A stretch of DNA of 63,561 bases, counting the filler, from Neolecta irregularis DAH-3 (Eukaryota): assembly GCA_001929475.1 (NCBI GenBank). It is 7 parts of 7 records of this genome, joined end to end, with 100 filler letters (N's around TTAATTAATTAA, not from the genome) between each part and the next. Parts side by side here need not be neighbours in the genome. Positions count along the whole stretch, not along the records: positions 61,839 to 63,561 come from LXFE01003029.1; 6 more parts are not named here. One strand, 5' to 3'. Numbering within the stretch: the stretch's first letter is position 1; each line of letters begins with the position of its first letter. Both the position numbers and the translations under genes were made by a program. Under the pieces are notes generated by a model. That model did not search any database and was not told the DNA's origin. It was given only the letters and a program-made list of their open reading frames with translations. Shown here in pieces: positions 61,739-63,561 of this stretch.

Positions 61739-62566
61739 NNNNNNNNNNNNNNNNNNNNNNNNNNNNNNNNNNNNNNNNNNNNTTAATTAATTAANNNNNN
61801 NNNNNNNNNNNNNNNNNNNNNNNNNNNNNNNNNNNNNNCGTTGGTTGCTTCCTGAATAGCGTAGAGTACCTTGAAGAGTAACTGATTCTATTCAGATAGA
61901 TGGTGAAAAGCCCAGCCTTCCATAGTGGGAAAAAGGCCTGCATATGGACATGGAAGCAAACGCCTTTTATTACGCTCTGAGTCATGGTCTAAGACAATTT
62001 TCCCAGTCAATTTCCCCAGACAATTTGGTGTCAGCAGATTTTGCTGATCGCGAGGATTCCAACTTTACCATGAGCAATAAATTTGATGGGAGTGGTTGTG
62101 CAGATAGTTGAGTTTTTGTATAACGCGCTCTCTTTTTATGGTTGCAGAGATTCAGATGATGGTCATCTTTGCCCGGAATTCAGGTGGCTGTTAATTACCG
62201 ATCGGGAAATATTAAATTGAGATGCTAACCCAATCTTTCATGATGAAGATTGCATGGCCTTGGGACAACTTCTTTCCTGGTTGCATTTTCTTGTACATTG
62301 TATGTTGGTCAGTTATATCAATGTATTTGGTCATTATTCACAAAACGCCAGGGGTAATATATTTCATTTATGTAGTTCACATTATCTAATTCACAATTCA
62401 AATACTTACACCAATTTTTGCACACGCTTGCAAAATACCATAATTACAAGCTTTTAGTACTTGACACCAAACTGCCAGGCTGGAAATCCCAAATATAAGT
62501 CTCAGAACCGAATATTGCTTATCGACTGGGGTTAGGGTTACCCAAGGGATTTAGGGTGTGGTATTC

Positions 62567-62856
62567 TGTGAGTACTTGACCGGTCTGGTCTATACTCCGC
62601 TGAGTCTTAAGGTCGTAGAATAGGGAAGGGTCGTCAAAAGTGATAACCGTTGGTATATTATACAGTGTTAAGCCTAGCGCGCTAACCGCGCTGGGCGCTA
62701 CCTATATACCCGTTCTTGCGCGCCACCGTCCGGCTATTTGACTGGTCCCTGAATCAGGGTCTCGGACTGAGAGGGCGCCCACAGCTTGTGGCGTCCTCTA
62801 TGTCTGACCCGGCTGTTGCGGTTGTGTAGGGGCGGTGGGACTTGATAGTGCCCACA
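62567..62856 (+). mobile_element. Complete solo LTR, family A2 (290 bp)
   Basis: TGTGAG..CCCACA termini, 5-bp TSD TATTC, TATATA at 62703. Confidence 0.88.
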
Positions 62857-62861
62857 TATTC

Positions 62862-63125
62862 AGAACCTGCCGGTATCCCACGACATTACGCATTGTAGGG
62901 GCACCACCTTGCCCAACGAGTCATATCACAGGCCTTGCCACAAGATACATAAGATGGGGAACAAAAAACAGTAAGGATTGAGCACATACCTGTATATGTT
63001 GTCAGTAGCGTCTGGTTTGATTAGCAGGCCAGGTTTCAACCGAGTATTGAATTCACGTAGTTACTATTATTCCGAGTGTCTATCTACATGAACCCGCTAT
63101 TTAATCCAAGTCTACCCGAGTCCTA
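62862..63125 (-). mobile_element. Old, degenerate LTR family A copy
   Basis: CTGGTTTGATTAGCAGGCCAGG and its flanks resemble 40314-40430. Confidence 0.55.
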
Positions 63126-63561
63126 CTTCCAGGCAGTCGAAGTACGTGAACGGTCGAAGCTCATGACTATACCGAAATCATTTCTCATGATAATAGAAAG
63201 TGACCTTTCGAGATAAGAATGTTTCTCTTCAGCATGGGGGCTTTTCTGCCAAGCCCTTTCTCCTGCTGGAAAGCCAAAAATGAAATCCAGAACTCCATTG
63301 TGATAGTTGAACATTTTACAATAATAGTTGATAAAGATTTTCAGCCTTTCTTCACGGTGATCGGGAGCATTCTGAATAGTGTTAGTGACGAAAAACATCC
63401 TTTGATAGATAGTGACCAAATCCGAAGCAGTGAAACTCAATACAAATTCTGTCTTTGAAATACGTTCGATAATTTCGACAACAGAAGCAGGATGCTCTGA
63501 TGATGGATACAGATGACTGAATTCGAAGGGACGGCAGAGAATGAGATTTGCAAGCGATGGA

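Noticed and set aside
62531-62557. TTAGGG motifs as an interstitial telomere
   Set aside because: Only two non-tandem copies; compatible with chance.

Overview
This is eukaryotic (fungal) genomic DNA, gene-dense, with about 110 very short spliceosomal introns (about 31-49 nt). Gene content and intron style point to an early-diverging ascomycete (Taphrinomycotina, Neolecta-like); that assignment is inference. The window is several contigs joined by 100-nt N/TTAATTAATTAA linkers, so adjacency across them is not assured. Housekeeping genes: MED10, a KTR mannosyltransferase, HIR1, TMA20, CK2-beta, RHO3, RIC1, PET112/gatB, TRM1, UTP21, VIP1/Asp1, ARP9, SFH5, a CaiB CoA-transferase, TMA7 and a PRP4 kinase fragment. 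Also present: three intron-containing tRNA genes (Asn, Lys, Met), a GPI wall protein, a MATH/BTB-like protein, a divergent type III PKS, a divergent sugar porter + GH31 alpha-xylosidase pair, an MBOAT pseudogene, and many transposon relics (solo LTRs with 5-bp TSDs, Ty3 gag-protease, pogo DDE, hAT-like ends). Most notable: (1) relaxed splice signals, with GG-AG, GA-AG and several GC-AG introns and repeated GAG acceptors, most of them needed to keep conserved frames; (2) a covarying hairpin with a CTAAY loop just before the TATA box in two otherwise dissimilar LTR families; (3) LTRs clustered at all three tRNA genes; (4) the atypical type III PKS; (5) a possible non-AUG mitochondrial extension of TRM1. 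All exon structures were inferred by eye from homology and reading frame, without RNA data.
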